A stretch of DNA of 63,797 bases, filler included, from Squatina squatina (taxonomy: Eukaryota): the NCBI GenBank assembly GCA_031763465.1. It is 4 parts of 4 records of this genome, joined end to end, with 100 filler letters (N's around TTAATTAATTAA, not from the genome) between each part and the next. Parts side by side here need not be neighbours in the genome. Positions count along the whole stretch, not along the records: positions 36,190 to 51,057 come from JARFOE010000115.1; 3 more parts are not named here. One strand, written 5' to 3'. Positions 36,737-48,568 of the stretch are shown here, piece after piece; position 1 is the first letter of the stretch, and each line of letters starts with the position of its first letter. A program made the position numbers and the translations under genes. The notes beneath the pieces are model-generated. The model was not told where the DNA came from and did not search any database. It saw nothing but the letters and a program-made list of their open reading frames with translations.

Positions 36737-38691
36737 CTAAAAGGATTAAAGACACGTCNNNNNNNNNNNNNNNNNNNNNNNNNNNNNNNNNNNNNNNNNN
36801 NNNNNNNNNNNNNNNNNNNNNNNNNNNNNNNNNNNNNNNNNNNNNNNNNNNNNNNNNNAACTTTTGGATGTCACTTTGAAGTCACTTACAAGTACAATGA
36901 ACAGACTGTCATTTGTACAGTATAAAAAGATCATAGCAAAATTCAAGGCTGGAGGTTAGCCAGGATATACAGACTTGCCTGGTGTCACTCATTAGGAATG
37001 AAATTACTCATTTTCACTAACATATGTCATTTTTAAATATAAATACATCTTGCTATCTTTAGGTGGGTTTTCAATCTGTGTCATTCTTCCTGCTATCCCT
37101 CCTAATAATACCCTGATTTTGGCAGATGATATTTCAAATGGGGAGCATTTTTTTTTAACTTCAGTTGTAATCTTATATAAATGATGGGTAAACCTGGGCA
37201 AAGGATAACTTTAGCTACAGATGCTCGATAGATGATTCCAGCTGGATACCAAGCCCTGTTGTAAGTTCGGTTGTGGATTTAGGAGTTTATTGTTGTTTTT
37301 CCTTCAATGTTTCTAATGACAATGTCTCAGCTGCAGTACGAATGTCCATTTTGAATCAATTTAAATTACACCTTGTCATTGTCTGAAAATCTGTTTGACA
37401 GTAATGTTAAAGCTGACAGTAACAACATGAGATTTTCCATTTCATTTTCAACAGTGCATTCATCCTCTTTGACTTTTACCCAATTTAAAACTAGTTTATA
37501 TGTAAACTTGTCAATCTAGCAATTTACTCAGGGGAACAAGTGTACTTTACCAAGGATGTTGCAGTTCAGAAACCTGTCAAGAAAAGCCTATAATATACTC
37601 CTTTTCATGTTCATTGTTGCTTAAGTAGCATCTACTGGAGATCAATACTCTCCATTAAAGAATAATTTTAACTTTTCAAATTGAACCGTATGTATTATTA
37701 AAAATGATATAACAGTATGGTTATTGAATTCTCTTACGTTGGCACTATGCACCATACTAAAATATTCTAGACACAGTGATAAATTGCCAAATTAAATTTT
37801 AAAATTATTTAGTATAAATTCTTTCTTTAACTTAATTTAGTAGTTTTTACCCCAAAGAATCACTCAGCAAGGTGTAGAACAAAGATGCTAAAATAGCATA
37901 CAATTTGTTGCATGAATTACAGACAATGCAATGAATTCATGTCAGCTCTTGGACCTATTTTTAGGACATGTATTCAAATTTTATTTGAAAATGTTCCTTT
38001 CGGGCATTTCACTACATTAAAGNNNNNNNNNNNNNNNNNNNNNNNNNNNNNNNNNNNNNNNNNNNNNNNNNNNNNNNNNNNNNNNNNNNNNNNNNNNNNN
38101 NNNNNNNNNNNNNNNNNNNNNNAGACCAGAGGAGGTTGTGACTCTAAAAATGCCAATCATTAAAAAAATTATATTCATCTATTATATATTAAAAGCAGTT
38201 TACTATATATCTCCCTTCCTCCGCTTGCCTCCTCACCCTATGCTCAGTCCTCCTCCACTTATTTTACCTTCTCCACCTCTGCCCTTGACCTCTCATTTCT
38301 CTTCGCCTCCATATGCCTCCTCTCCCCTCTGCTACCTTGGTTCAATTATCTCCAAATTATCTAAACCTACTTGACCTGAAAAGTGTCCCTGGTCTTGACT
38401 CGATAAAGGCAATGTCAAGACAAGATTAACTAGTATATGAAATATAGCCTATATGTTAAAAAATGTACCATATATGTAAAAAACACATAGCATCTTTATA
38501 GTTTCAGAAACATTAAAATTTGCGGAAGAGCTAGTTCAATTAAACATCAATGCTAAAGTTAATGTAAATAGAAGTTTTTGATTAAGGTGAAGTTCAAATT
38601 CAATATTTCATACACTGTTTGAGTTTTAACACGTTAATAGAAATATAATATAATACTCTTAGACATTGCTGGTTAGAGCATGGAATCTTAC

Positions 38692-39186
38692 CATTTGGTT
38701 TTGCAGGAGCAGTCCATTCAACAAAGAGCTCTGTGGAACTAACAGTGCTGATTATTGGGAGTCCTTGTTCTTCAGGTGGGGCCTGTTCAGTTATTTCTAC
38801 AAGAGGATTGCTTTCAGCACAGCCCCCAGTAGTACATGCCTGGACAGTGAAAGTGTAGTTTGTAAAGGGAGCCAAATCATTCAAAGTCACCAACGTTTGC
38901 AGGCCTTCATAATGCACCTGAGTCACAGGATTGCCTCGAGTAGTAGATTTCAATATATATCTCTCAATAGGTCCTGAAGCATTTGATGGGGTTGTCCAGT
39001 TTAAAAAAACTGATCGTGATCCAACAAACCCAACATGACTCAAATTAAGCGGCCCTGTAGGACGGCCCGTCTTCGTACGATAGCTAACGATGCTGCTTCT
39101 CGTGCTACCTTGAGCATTGCTTGCCACAATATAATATGAATAAACTGTGTAAGGTGTCAAACCAGTATCACTGTAGCTTCTGAGAC
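38692..39186 (-). CDS. USH2A: Usherin exon (human exon 17 equivalent, FN3 repeats)
   Basis: cttttaaag|GT...AATG|gtaaga, 495 nt. DTGLTPYTVYSYYIVASNAQGSTRS...VQACTTGGC...SSTELFVEWTAPAKPNG. Confidence 0.95.
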
Positions 39187-39654
39187 CTTTAAAAGAGAAA
39201 AGTTATACACTTGTTTATTTAAATGAACTGCACTGAAAAATATTTCAACTTACATTGAAATTTGTTGAAAATTATATTTAATGGCTTTATTGTTTCATTT
39301 ACACTTAAAAGATTTCTTTCATGTTCAACAGAATTAAGATTTAAAAATAAGTTGTGACAGTTCGACACACCAGATCTAGTTATTTAATGGACGCAAGAAT
39401 GAGACCTATCAAACTAGTGTGATAACTTCACTAATATTCAATCAGCTGCTTGATCTCTAATATTAAGCTAATAATAACAAAGAAAGCACTGGTATTATTA
39501 TGTCATAATTTTGCACCACCTCATTTAAAAAGCAATTTACATGAATAATGGACAAAACATCTAGGGGCCCAACTTGACCCTTTTGCGCCCCGTTAGCGTC
39601 CCTCCGGAGGCACTAAGGGCTACGGCGCACAGCAGGAGAATTTCGCCCCCTGCA

Positions 39655-39908
39655 AGTTCAAATCCCACCGGGGCAGTCTGAGAATTTAAACTCAGTTTTT
39701 AAATTCTGGAAATAATAAGCTGGCATCAGTGAAAGTTCATAAAGCTGTCGGATTGTCATTAAAAACCCATCTGGTTCACTCACGGCCATTAGGGAAGGAA
39801 ACCTGCTGTCCTTACCCAGTCTGGCCTACATGTGACTCCAGTCCCACCCCAAGTGTGATTTAACTCTTAACTGCCCCCTGAAATGGCCTATGAAGCAACC
39901 GAGTTGTA
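39655..39908 (+). mobile_element. tRNA-derived SINE fragment (family distinct from the DeuSINE)
   Basis: Box B-like AGTTCAAATCCC followed by aaaaacccatctggttcact...tagggaaggaaacctgc...tggcctacatgtgactccag, recalled as a common shark SINE body. Confidence 0.5.
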
Positions 39909-39910
39909 TT

Positions 39911-40084
39911 AATAGACGCTGAGAGGATGTTTCCCCTGGCTGGAAAGTCTAGAACTAAGGGTGAGAGTCTCAGAATAAAGGGTCGGCCATTTAGGACTGA
40001 GATGAAGAGAAATGTCTTCACCCAGAGGGTGGTGAATCTCTGGAATTCTCTCCCTCAGAGGGCTGTGGAGGCTCAGTCATGGAG
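39911..40084 (+). mobile_element. CR1 LINE ORF2 C-terminal fragment
   Basis: Translation MFPLAGKSRTKGESLRIKGRPFRTEMKRNVFTQRVVNLWNSLPQRAVEA. Confidence 0.9.
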
Positions 40085-41156
40085 NNNNNNNNNNNNNNNN
40101 NNNNNNNNNNNNNNNNNNNNNNNNNNNNNNNNNNNNNNNNNNNNNNNNNNNNNNNNNNNNNNNNNNNNNNNNNNNNNNNNNNNNAAGTAACCCAAATTCC
40201 TGATATGCAGTTCCAGCAAGTAAAGCTTTGCACTGGGAGCATGAATTTGTAAAATCTATCCTCTCGTGTGCAGTTAGTGTCCTCAAAGCGCGCTTTCCTT
40301 GAATACACTCCAGCTAAGGCATCCAACACTATTCATAATATAAATAAATAAATCTGAGGACAATGTTCTTCCTTGACAAACAGTGCTAAGGTAAGATCCT
40401 TGCTGCCCACATAACAAGATATTTAGTCCGAGTTGTGTTGTGATAGGCAGAGAGAGCCCATTGTAAGAAATATAATTTTAAACAAAATAGGATCACTGAA
40501 ATTATGTTTATTGTATAAAGGTGGCATAGAATCAATTTGTTTTCCCACATTAGAAAATAATAGGGATGCCCAGTGGTCTATTCAACAGTCTATTGCCAAG
40601 GACAATGTACTGTATACAATGACACCCTGTTGCTTTAAGTGGGAGTTAATTCTTATATTTATAAAAACCAAGATACTAATTCAACAAAAAGTTAAAAGAA
40701 AAAGAAACAAAATTGGAACATTTAAACTGAAGTATAAATTAAAATTAAAATTAAGATGTTGACCGTGAAGCAATTTTCAGGGAGGCAGTTCAAATATGCA
40801 AATCAGGGTCCTAATCCAGCTGTGGGACCCCGATTGCTATTTTCATGTACATTTGGCACAGCATGTTCCATGCATGCTAGGCCAGTTATACCAGGTGTTG
40901 AGGAGCCAAACCAGTGATTCCTGAAGGCCCAATCTCATTTCCTCCGTCCCCACCCCGGCATAGGGCTGACCTGCCAGCCAGCTCCTTGCAGAAGCCAGGC
41001 AATTTTCAGCCTACCAAAACAGGAAGGCTGCAATGCCATCTTTGTACCCATTTTGGGCCAAAGTTCATAATTAGCCCCATAGATATTTTTCACATGAATC
41101 CACAGAACTACAATGTATGCACAGCTGAAAAATATGACTCAAAACGAACAACTTGC

Positions 41157-41261
41157 CTTCCACTTCCAGGGTTAAAACCAAAATAATGCTCCTTGCAGTG
41201 GTCACAGTGTATCCCAGTCACTGAAGGGTCTCGACAAACACATTGTCCTGTGACACCATCA
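41157..41261 (-). CDS. USH2A: Usherin exon (3' part of human exon 14 equivalent, laminin-EGF), GC donor
   Basis: DGVTGQCVCRDPSVTGIHCDHCKEHYFGFNPGSGR versus human NSLTGQCVCQDASIAGQRCDQCKDHYFGFDPQTGR. Ends AG|gcaagt. The 5' part lies in a gap. Confidence 0.9.
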
Positions 41262-41507
41262 NNNNNNNNNNNNNNNNNNNNNNNNNNNNNNNNNNNNNNN
41301 NNNNNNNNNNNNNNNNNNNNNNNNNNNNNNNNNNNNNNNNNNNNNNNNNNNNNNNNNNNNNCAGCTTAGAACAGGGGTTGATTCTAGCGCTACACTGGCT
41401 GAAGTACCAGAATTTCCCACTCTCTCACTCCATTCAGATCTTGTGTTCAATGTGCTGTTCTCGTTATCAGCAAACTAATGCATCTATCATGCTGTACTCT
41501 CACTTAC

Positions 41508-42055
41508 CTGGCCGACATTGGTCACACTGTTTTCCATGACGATTCAGCTGGCAAACACACTGGCCATTGCTTTGGTCACAGACAGTTCCTTCCACTGTCC
41601 CTGCAGGATTGCAGTTACACCACTGACAGTCTTCAAGGTTGGATGAGGCAAGGTTGAAAGTATGAGGAGCACACTGGTTGCACTGCAAGCCTGTAACATT
41701 GGTTTTACACTCACACTGCCCTGTGAATTTGTCACAATTCATTGATTTATTAATTGTACCTGCTGTGTCACAATTGCAAGATAAGCAGCCCAAGGAGCTA
41801 TTCGAATGTAGATTGTAATACCCATCCAGGCAAACTTCACACCGTTGTCCTCCAACATTAGGTTTACAAACGCACTGGCCTGTTTTAGAATCACATATGG
41901 TTCCAAGGACTGACCCTGCTGAGTCACACTCACAAAGCTTGCAGCCACCTTCTTCAAGTCCATAGAAATTATCTGGGCAAGTGTCACACTGAAATCCTCT
42001 GATGTTTGCCTTACAGTTACACTGACCACTGTATGGGTTGCAGAACTGATTCTTA
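41508..42055 (-). CDS. USH2A: Usherin exon (human exon 13 equivalent, laminin-EGF repeats), 5' part in gap
   Basis: Open frame KNQFCNPYSGQCNCKANIRGFQCDTC...GQCVCQLNRHGKQCDQCRP, donor CAG|gtaagt. Confidence 0.95.
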
Positions 42056-44139
42056 NNNNNNNNNNNNNNNNNNNNNNNNNNNNNNNNNNNNNNNNNNNNN
42101 NNNNNNNNNNNNNNNNNNNNNNNNNNNNNNNNNNNNNNNNNNNNNNNNNNNNNNNNNNNNNNNNNNNNNNNNNNNNNNNNNNNNNNNNNNNNNNNNNNNN
42201 NNNNNNNNNNNNNNNNNNNNNNNNNNNNNNNNNNNNNNNNNNNNNNNNNNNNNNNNNNNNNNNNNNNNNNNNNNNNNNNNNNNNNNNNNNNNNNNNNNNN
42301 NNNNNNNNNNNNNNNNNNNNNNNNNNNNNNNNNNNNNNNNNNNNNNNNNNNNNNNNNNNNNNNNNNNNNNNNNNNNNNNNNNNNNNNNNNNNNNNNNNNN
42401 NNNNNNNNNNNNNNNNNNNNNNNNNNNNNNNNNNNNNNNNNNNNNNNNNNNNNNNNNNNNNNNNNNNNNNNNNNNNNNNNNNNNNNNNNNNNNNNNNNNN
42501 NNNNNNNNNNNNNNNNNNNNNNNNNNNNNNNNNNNNNNNNNNNNNNNNNNNNNNNNNNNNNNNNNNNNNNNNNNNNNNNNNNNNNNNNNNNNNNNNNNNN
42601 NNNNNNNNNNNNNNNNNNNNNNNNNNNNNNNNNNNNNNNNNNNNNNNNNNNNNNNNNNNNNNNNNNNNNNNNNNNNNNNNNNNNNNNNNNNNNNNNNNNN
42701 NNNNNNATTCCAAACTATTAAAATCAGTCTAGAGGGATTCACCTCATCATTTCTAAAAATATACATAGCACTTATTTGAATTTGTCATGCATGTTCATGA
42801 CAGCTAATCTGTCTCCAGTGTTATTGAGCAAAGCCTACAGGGCATCGCGTTCAGTTTCTTACAGGGTTAACAAGAAAGTAGGGAGAGGTTTCCAGATCCA
42901 TTAGGCATTTAAGGCACAATCTCTACCTGTCACTTTTTATTCTAGATAAGTGACCTACTTTACAAATTTCTTTGTATTGAATAATTCATTTACAACACAA
43001 TTGTACAACCATATTAACTGTAGTAAAAATCAACCTCTTGTGAACCACTCTTGTACCACATACTTCAAAATGTAATGATGTTATGAAGTTCCTTTTGTGC
43101 ATAACTAGTAAACAGCAAGGATGATAATAGAGATAAAATGGATATAAGGTTCAAACAGCAATATATCACTCAAAATACAACTCAGGCATTAATTGCTTTA
43201 TAATATTCTATTTCTGGAGCTCAGCTTGATGACAAAGGTAAAATAATAACAATAAAGATTTTTTTTCCAGCAAAGCAGAAAAGGTTATCAAATATCCTTC
43301 AACATCAAAACTGATCACATTACATAAGTCTTTTTCATATCTCTGCTCTGTTGCTGAATGCTGTTCATTACAATCCACATTAGCTTTCATCTGGGTCCAT
43401 TTTAGAAGCAGCATTTACAGCTAACTACTATGCAAATGAAATGGTAAATTTTTTTTGATCCATATGTATGGACTGGGACATGTTCTGCTACAATGCAAAG
43501 CGCACTTTATCAGGAATGCTCCCTGCATAATATTCCCATACATCAAAATTTCAAAGTGCATTATACACACAATGTATTTTGAGCACTTGATAAATTTTGC
43601 CCTATGTAGCTGTTACTACCTTCAAATAAGTTGCAGGTAACAAATTGCTATAATCAAATCTAATTTCTGAAAATACCTGTGGGAACCACAAAACATAAAA
43701 GCAAGTATCACAAAAACATGATAAATAACAGAGAATATGGTAGTTTGTTATAATCAACTTGGCAGTGAATTGCAAAATTAAAATTATCTGGCCCTTGATA
43801 ACTAACCACATATATATTATCTTTGAAGTAATGTTAAGTGTCTTGCATTTCATAAGAACAGTTCAAAGGCATATAATAACAGAATGAAAAAGATTTATCA
43901 CAAAGTACCTCACTGCATGCAAACCCTTTGAAGAAATATTTTAACTGGACTTTAACAGCAAACATTAAGTTGGCTTGTATGCTCAGAATATACTAGACAA
44001 ATATAATTTTGTACATGTGTCTGGGATGTTTAGCAAACATTTGCTTAATACCTTCATAAGAATGGCTAGTGACTGACAGACTTTGGGTCAAATTCATAAC
44101 CAGTAGGTTATGATACACAAAATCTTATATTTCACCTAC

Positions 44140-44335
44140 CGATAACATTTGCTTTGCACTTGCATTGACCTGAATTTTGGTGACAGGTAATATCTCCATT
44201 CACTGTCCCAGAGGTATTACAGTTACAAGGACTGCAGCCATCAGGGTCTGAGAAGCGCAGATTATAGAATCCATCCTGGCACTGATTACACTGTCTGCCA
44301 GACACGCGTCTCTTGCATTTACACTGGCCTCCAAT
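44140..44335 (-). CDS. USH2A: Usherin exon (human exon 12 equivalent)
   Basis: tctctttag|ATT...ATCG|gtaggt, 196 nt. IGGQCKCKRRVSGRQCNQCQDGFYNLRFSDPDGCSPCNCNTSGTVNGDITCHQNSGQCKCKANVI. Confidence 0.96.
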
Positions 44336-44853
44336 CTAAAGAGATTAAAAATATGCTGGGATGAGTGGAAGCAGATGATGGCTACAATGATTTGTTTTGC
44401 CATATTTCTAACAAAAATGTCAGCCAGAAAGAGGGAGAAAGAGAAAGCGAAATGAAACAATAGAGAGAGAAAGACCAAAGAGAGGAGGAAAACCATGCAG
44501 GAAAAAGAAAAGGTAATTCAAATGTAAATAGTATCACGAATATGGTAAACAATGAAACAGAAGACATAAATAAGGAACATATATACTCAAGAATAGTAAA
44601 TCCAAATAGTGAACTAAATATAAGAACTACTTTTAACTAATACTTCATCTATGTGACGATAAGAAATTGATTTGTAATTTTTCATTCTATTTCTTCATTG
44701 AATTAAATCCTCATTTTGCTATTGATTTCATTTTGGAGCAGATAGACTGAAATGATGATATTCTCTGTGGTATTCTGTTGGTTTTTGATACGCTTAATAT
44801 AATATTTTGTTACTGCAGCATAAAGTAAGCAATAATGTATTTACAAACTCAGT

Positions 44854-45032
44854 GGAGTAGATCTTGACTTTGTGCAATAGTGTAAAATCGGCAATAGCGA
44901 GTCGGCAGTCCGATTTATATCTCTCCCAATTTGTATTTCCATTGAAATCAATGAAAATAAAAATCAATAGAGATGTAAAATGGGATGGCTATCACCCATT
45001 TTACACTATAGCGCAAAGTCAAGATCTACCCC
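44854..45032. mobile_element. Palindromic (fold-back) MITE, 179 bp
   Basis: Arms GGAGTAGATCTTGACTTTGTGCAATAGTGTAAAAT and reverse complement GGGGTAGATCTTGACTTTGCGCTATAGTGTAAAAT match 32/35. The centre is also palindromic (cattgaaatcaatg). Confidence 0.8.
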
Positions 45033-45733
45033 AAAAAGATTATTTCTGATTATGCATCATAACCTCACAGAATGAACAGATGTTAAATTCTCTACACACA
45101 ATATAACATTCTACTTTTTAAAAAATGTAACTGCTATCATCTTAAGCTAATGTAAGCTACCAATGTCTTTTCTACATGCTTCTTCAAGTCATCTACAGAA
45201 GAGGCTAAGATCCATTGAACAGTGGTAACTACATGCCGATGCAAATGATGGAAGGTGTCGTAGACANNNNNNNNNNNNNNNNNNNNNNNNNNNNNNNNNN
45301 NNNNNNNNNNNNNNNNNNNNNNNNNNNNNNNNNNNNNNNNNNNNNNNNNNNNNNNNNNNNNNNNNNAGTACAATTTATGCTTCTCTATGAATAAAGAAGA
45401 TACATTACTGACAAAATATTTGCCAAAAAAATAAAATTAAGCAAAAGGTATGTTCAGTTTCTGTATAACTTGAATGATTTAAGAAGTCACAAATATTTAA
45501 TGATGGTTATTAGCAGTCATCACTTTTTTGACATAAAAATATTCTAAATGAAAAAGTAAACATTGAAACAGAACCCATTACAGCATAACTTGTCACAACA
45601 GTCTCAGCCCTCTAGTGATAACCTTGCAGAGGACAGTTATTTAAACACAAAATTCTATTCCCTGCTTAACTCACTTGCACTGCCATTCAAATGAATTTTT
45701 GAAAGCATACTTGTACTTATTAAAATTACACAC

Positions 45734-45864
45734 CTGATCACACAGGAGGCTCCCATTTACGACTCCAGATTGTAAGCAATCACAATGTTTGCACACATCA
45801 GTTGCTGAGAAGCTGGCACCCACTTCTCGGTAAAAATAGTCTTTGCACCATTCACAATTTCTTC
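45734..45864 (-). CDS. USH2A: Usherin exon (human exon 11 equivalent)
   Basis: tcttgcag|GA...CAG|gtgtgt, 131 nt. RNCEWCKDYFYREVGASFSATDVCKHCDCLQSGVVNGSLLCDQ. Confidence 0.95.
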
Positions 45865-46094
45865 CTGCAAGAATTGATTGAACAATATGCACAAATTAAT
45901 CAGTCCTTCAAAGTAGATTTAAGTCAAATAAGCTCAAGTGCACAAGTTCTGTAAATACTCGACTAATGTTAAATATTTCCAACACAAAGCTTGCNNNNNN
46001 NNNNNNNNNNNNNNNNNNNNNNNNNNNNNNNNNNNNNNNNNNNNNNNNNNNNNNNNNNNNNNNNNNNNNNNNNNNNNNNNNNNNNNNNNNNNNN

Positions 46095-46655
46095 TAATTT
46101 GAGGAATTGATGATAGTACCCTGGCAACCCAAAGGCCTCTTCACCAGGGACGCCATTGGTGCCGGGGTAAAGCGCGTGATGTCATCAAGTCACGCACTGA
46201 TCCCATAGTGCCACCCAACCACCCCCTTTGGCATCGCTAGTGAACTGCGGCTGGAATTGGTCTGCAGCATGCTGGCGAGATCCGCGTCGTTGGCTTAAAG
46301 GGGAGGTGAATGTGCCACCAGCCGCCATTTTCTTTACATCGGCCGACTTCCATGTCAGCCGATGTTTGGCGGTTGATCAGCCACCAGCGCTGCTGCACAC
46401 ACTTGTCAGCACGCTCTCTGGTTTGCCAGCATTTTGCTGTCCCCAACCTGGCTCCCTGGTGGCCAAGCGGCGCTCCCCGAGGCTCCGTTGCCTCAGCCGG
46501 CGGCCCTTCCCTTTAAGGCAGGGGGCAAGGCCATGGCTGACACAAGCAAAGACCCCCAATTCCTGGGCAGAAGACATCGCTCTGGGGCCGGCGCAAAAAC
46601 ACCGAGCCCTGGATTAATGCAGTGGCCAATTCCGGCGCTCTCCAATTGGGGGCCC
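46095..46655. mobile_element. Right part of GC-rich MITE
   Basis: GC-rich block ending CCAATTGGGGGCCC|TAA, then an abrupt return to AT-rich intron. Confidence 0.55.
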
Positions 46656-47241
46656 TAAAAGTCTTGCACATTGTATGTACTTCTTGTAAATATAACATTT
46701 AGTTCCTGTAACTTTTTTTGTCATGCTTTCTTCTGTCATCTTCTCCATCACGTCTGTCTGTTACATTCACACCAGTTTTAACTCGACCTCTTAGATTTAC
46801 CTTGGCTTGGTTCATTCGTCCCATATTATGCACCCTAGGTCTGGTTTGCCCAGCTGCTGATTTGCATCTCTAAACTGCAGGTGGTGCTGTTCTACCTGAA
46901 GCCTTTGAAGGTTGGGCTTTAAGTTCTTTTTATTTTAGCTGTCATTATATTTAATTATGTATACTTTATTCTGTATTAAAACCACCAGAAGAAGAGAAGA
47001 CAAAAGCAAAATACCGTGAATGCTGGAAATCTGAAATAAAAATAGTATTGTTCTGCTAGTACACTGGTCTAGTAATTATTCTTTTTTTAATATATTATAG
47101 TACACCACTGAAATAGTATTGAGGGTCCTTGTACTCCATCTGACTTATAGCACACTTAACAAAGAATGCGCTATGTTCATGTTGTACACTTAACTTTGGT
47201 CAACACAAATATTTATCACCAAATAAAACTCATACACTTAC

Positions 47242-47437
47242 CAGCAGTGTTCTGTTGGCAGTCGTCGCAAATTCCACCACCACCCCTGAAATAGTCATGA
47301 GGGAATGGGTCTATGGAAGTGTCATAGTGACAACTGATGGCATGTTTATAGCACTGACAAGGTTTACAGTTGTAAGCATGAACCTGATCACCCTGATGGA
47401 AAGGCTTGTCATTGAAGAGTGGCTGGCAGCGCTCACA
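47242..47437 (-). CDS. USH2A: Usherin exon (human exon 10 equivalent)
   Basis: tttttttttag|TGT...GCTG|gtaagt, 196 nt. CERCQPLFNDKPFHQGDQVHAYNCKPCQCYKHAISCHYDTSIDPFPHDYFRGGGGICDDCQQNTA. Confidence 0.96.
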
Positions 47438-48346
47438 CTAAAAAAAAAGTTGTTCAAAAATTAGAAAATAAACAGTTTAAAGAGACAGCATATAAATACT
47501 TGTCCATATTTCTAACAGTTGTAAACATTGGGCCTGAAATTGCGATTGGAGGCTTCCTGCGTGCGAGAGCCTCCAATCTTAAAAAGAATTACGTACTTAC
47601 CTAAGGGTCCTGGANNNNNNNNNNNNNNNNNNNNNNNNNNNNNNNNNNNNNNNNNNNNNNNNNNNNNNNNNNNNNNNNNNNNNNNNNNNNNNNNNNNNNN
47701 NNNNNNNNNNNNNNGTGATGTATATAACAAGAGATAATGGCATTGGTATGAGAGTTAAAATCTGCTTATCTATAGTTTTGTCCTTGATAATAATGATCAG
47801 TAATAATGAAATGGATTTCATAATATTCCACCTAGTGTAAAGGGTTCTGAATGCACCTTACTGCATGAATATTTGTATTGCATTGGCATTCACATGTAGT
47901 GCATCAGTTACATATTTCAGCTAGATATGACAGGTATTTCGAAGCCCTGTAATTTATTTTTCGTTTCACACTCTATCAAGAATAATAAAATGATTAATAG
48001 AAGACCACCCAGTGAAAGCAAAGGGGAAACTCCACAATCACAAAAGAGGGCTTTTGATAGCCAAAAAGATTAAATAAAAATAAACCTGTATCTCATTATA
48101 ATTGAAATATGTTACGGAACTGACCAGTATATATTTTAAATGATAACTGTAATATGAATATAATCTGCAGATGTATAAAAGTGAAAGATTATTTCAACTG
48201 TAATGTAAATGATACTCAAACAGTCATGATAAATTGGGAAATATCCTCCACTGGTCATTTTAAACAGAAAACATCTGTCTGGTTAACTTGACATATTCAG
48301 GGCAAGCATTTACATGATAATTCTTAAATACTTAATCAAACCTTAC

Positions 48347-48568
48347 CTTCCACTTATAGTGATTTCGTCCACTCCATAATATCTGTGCCTGAAATTCACT
48401 GACATTTGTCTGGTATGGTATTGACCTCTCAGGTGAATTCTTACATGAGTAGCCTTGACAAATTTTTGAAGAGCTGGAGTATTATAAAAGTCATTGTACC
48501 CAGGACGCCTATTTGGTTCAGGAGTCAATATACTAAAAGTCACATTTCCACGTGAGTACGGAATGTTG
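48347..48568 (-). CDS. USH2A: Usherin exon (human exon 8 equivalent, laminin N-terminal domain)
   Basis: tttttacccag|C...AAG|gtaagg, 222 nt. NIPYSRGNVTFSILTPEPNRRPGYNDFYNTPALQKFVKAT...RHRYYGVDEITISGR. Confidence 0.96.

Noticed and set aside
36190-38400. Search for USH2A exon 18 and exon 20 equivalents
   Set aside because: No minus-strand frame outside 36567-36736 resembles the expected FN3 peptides.
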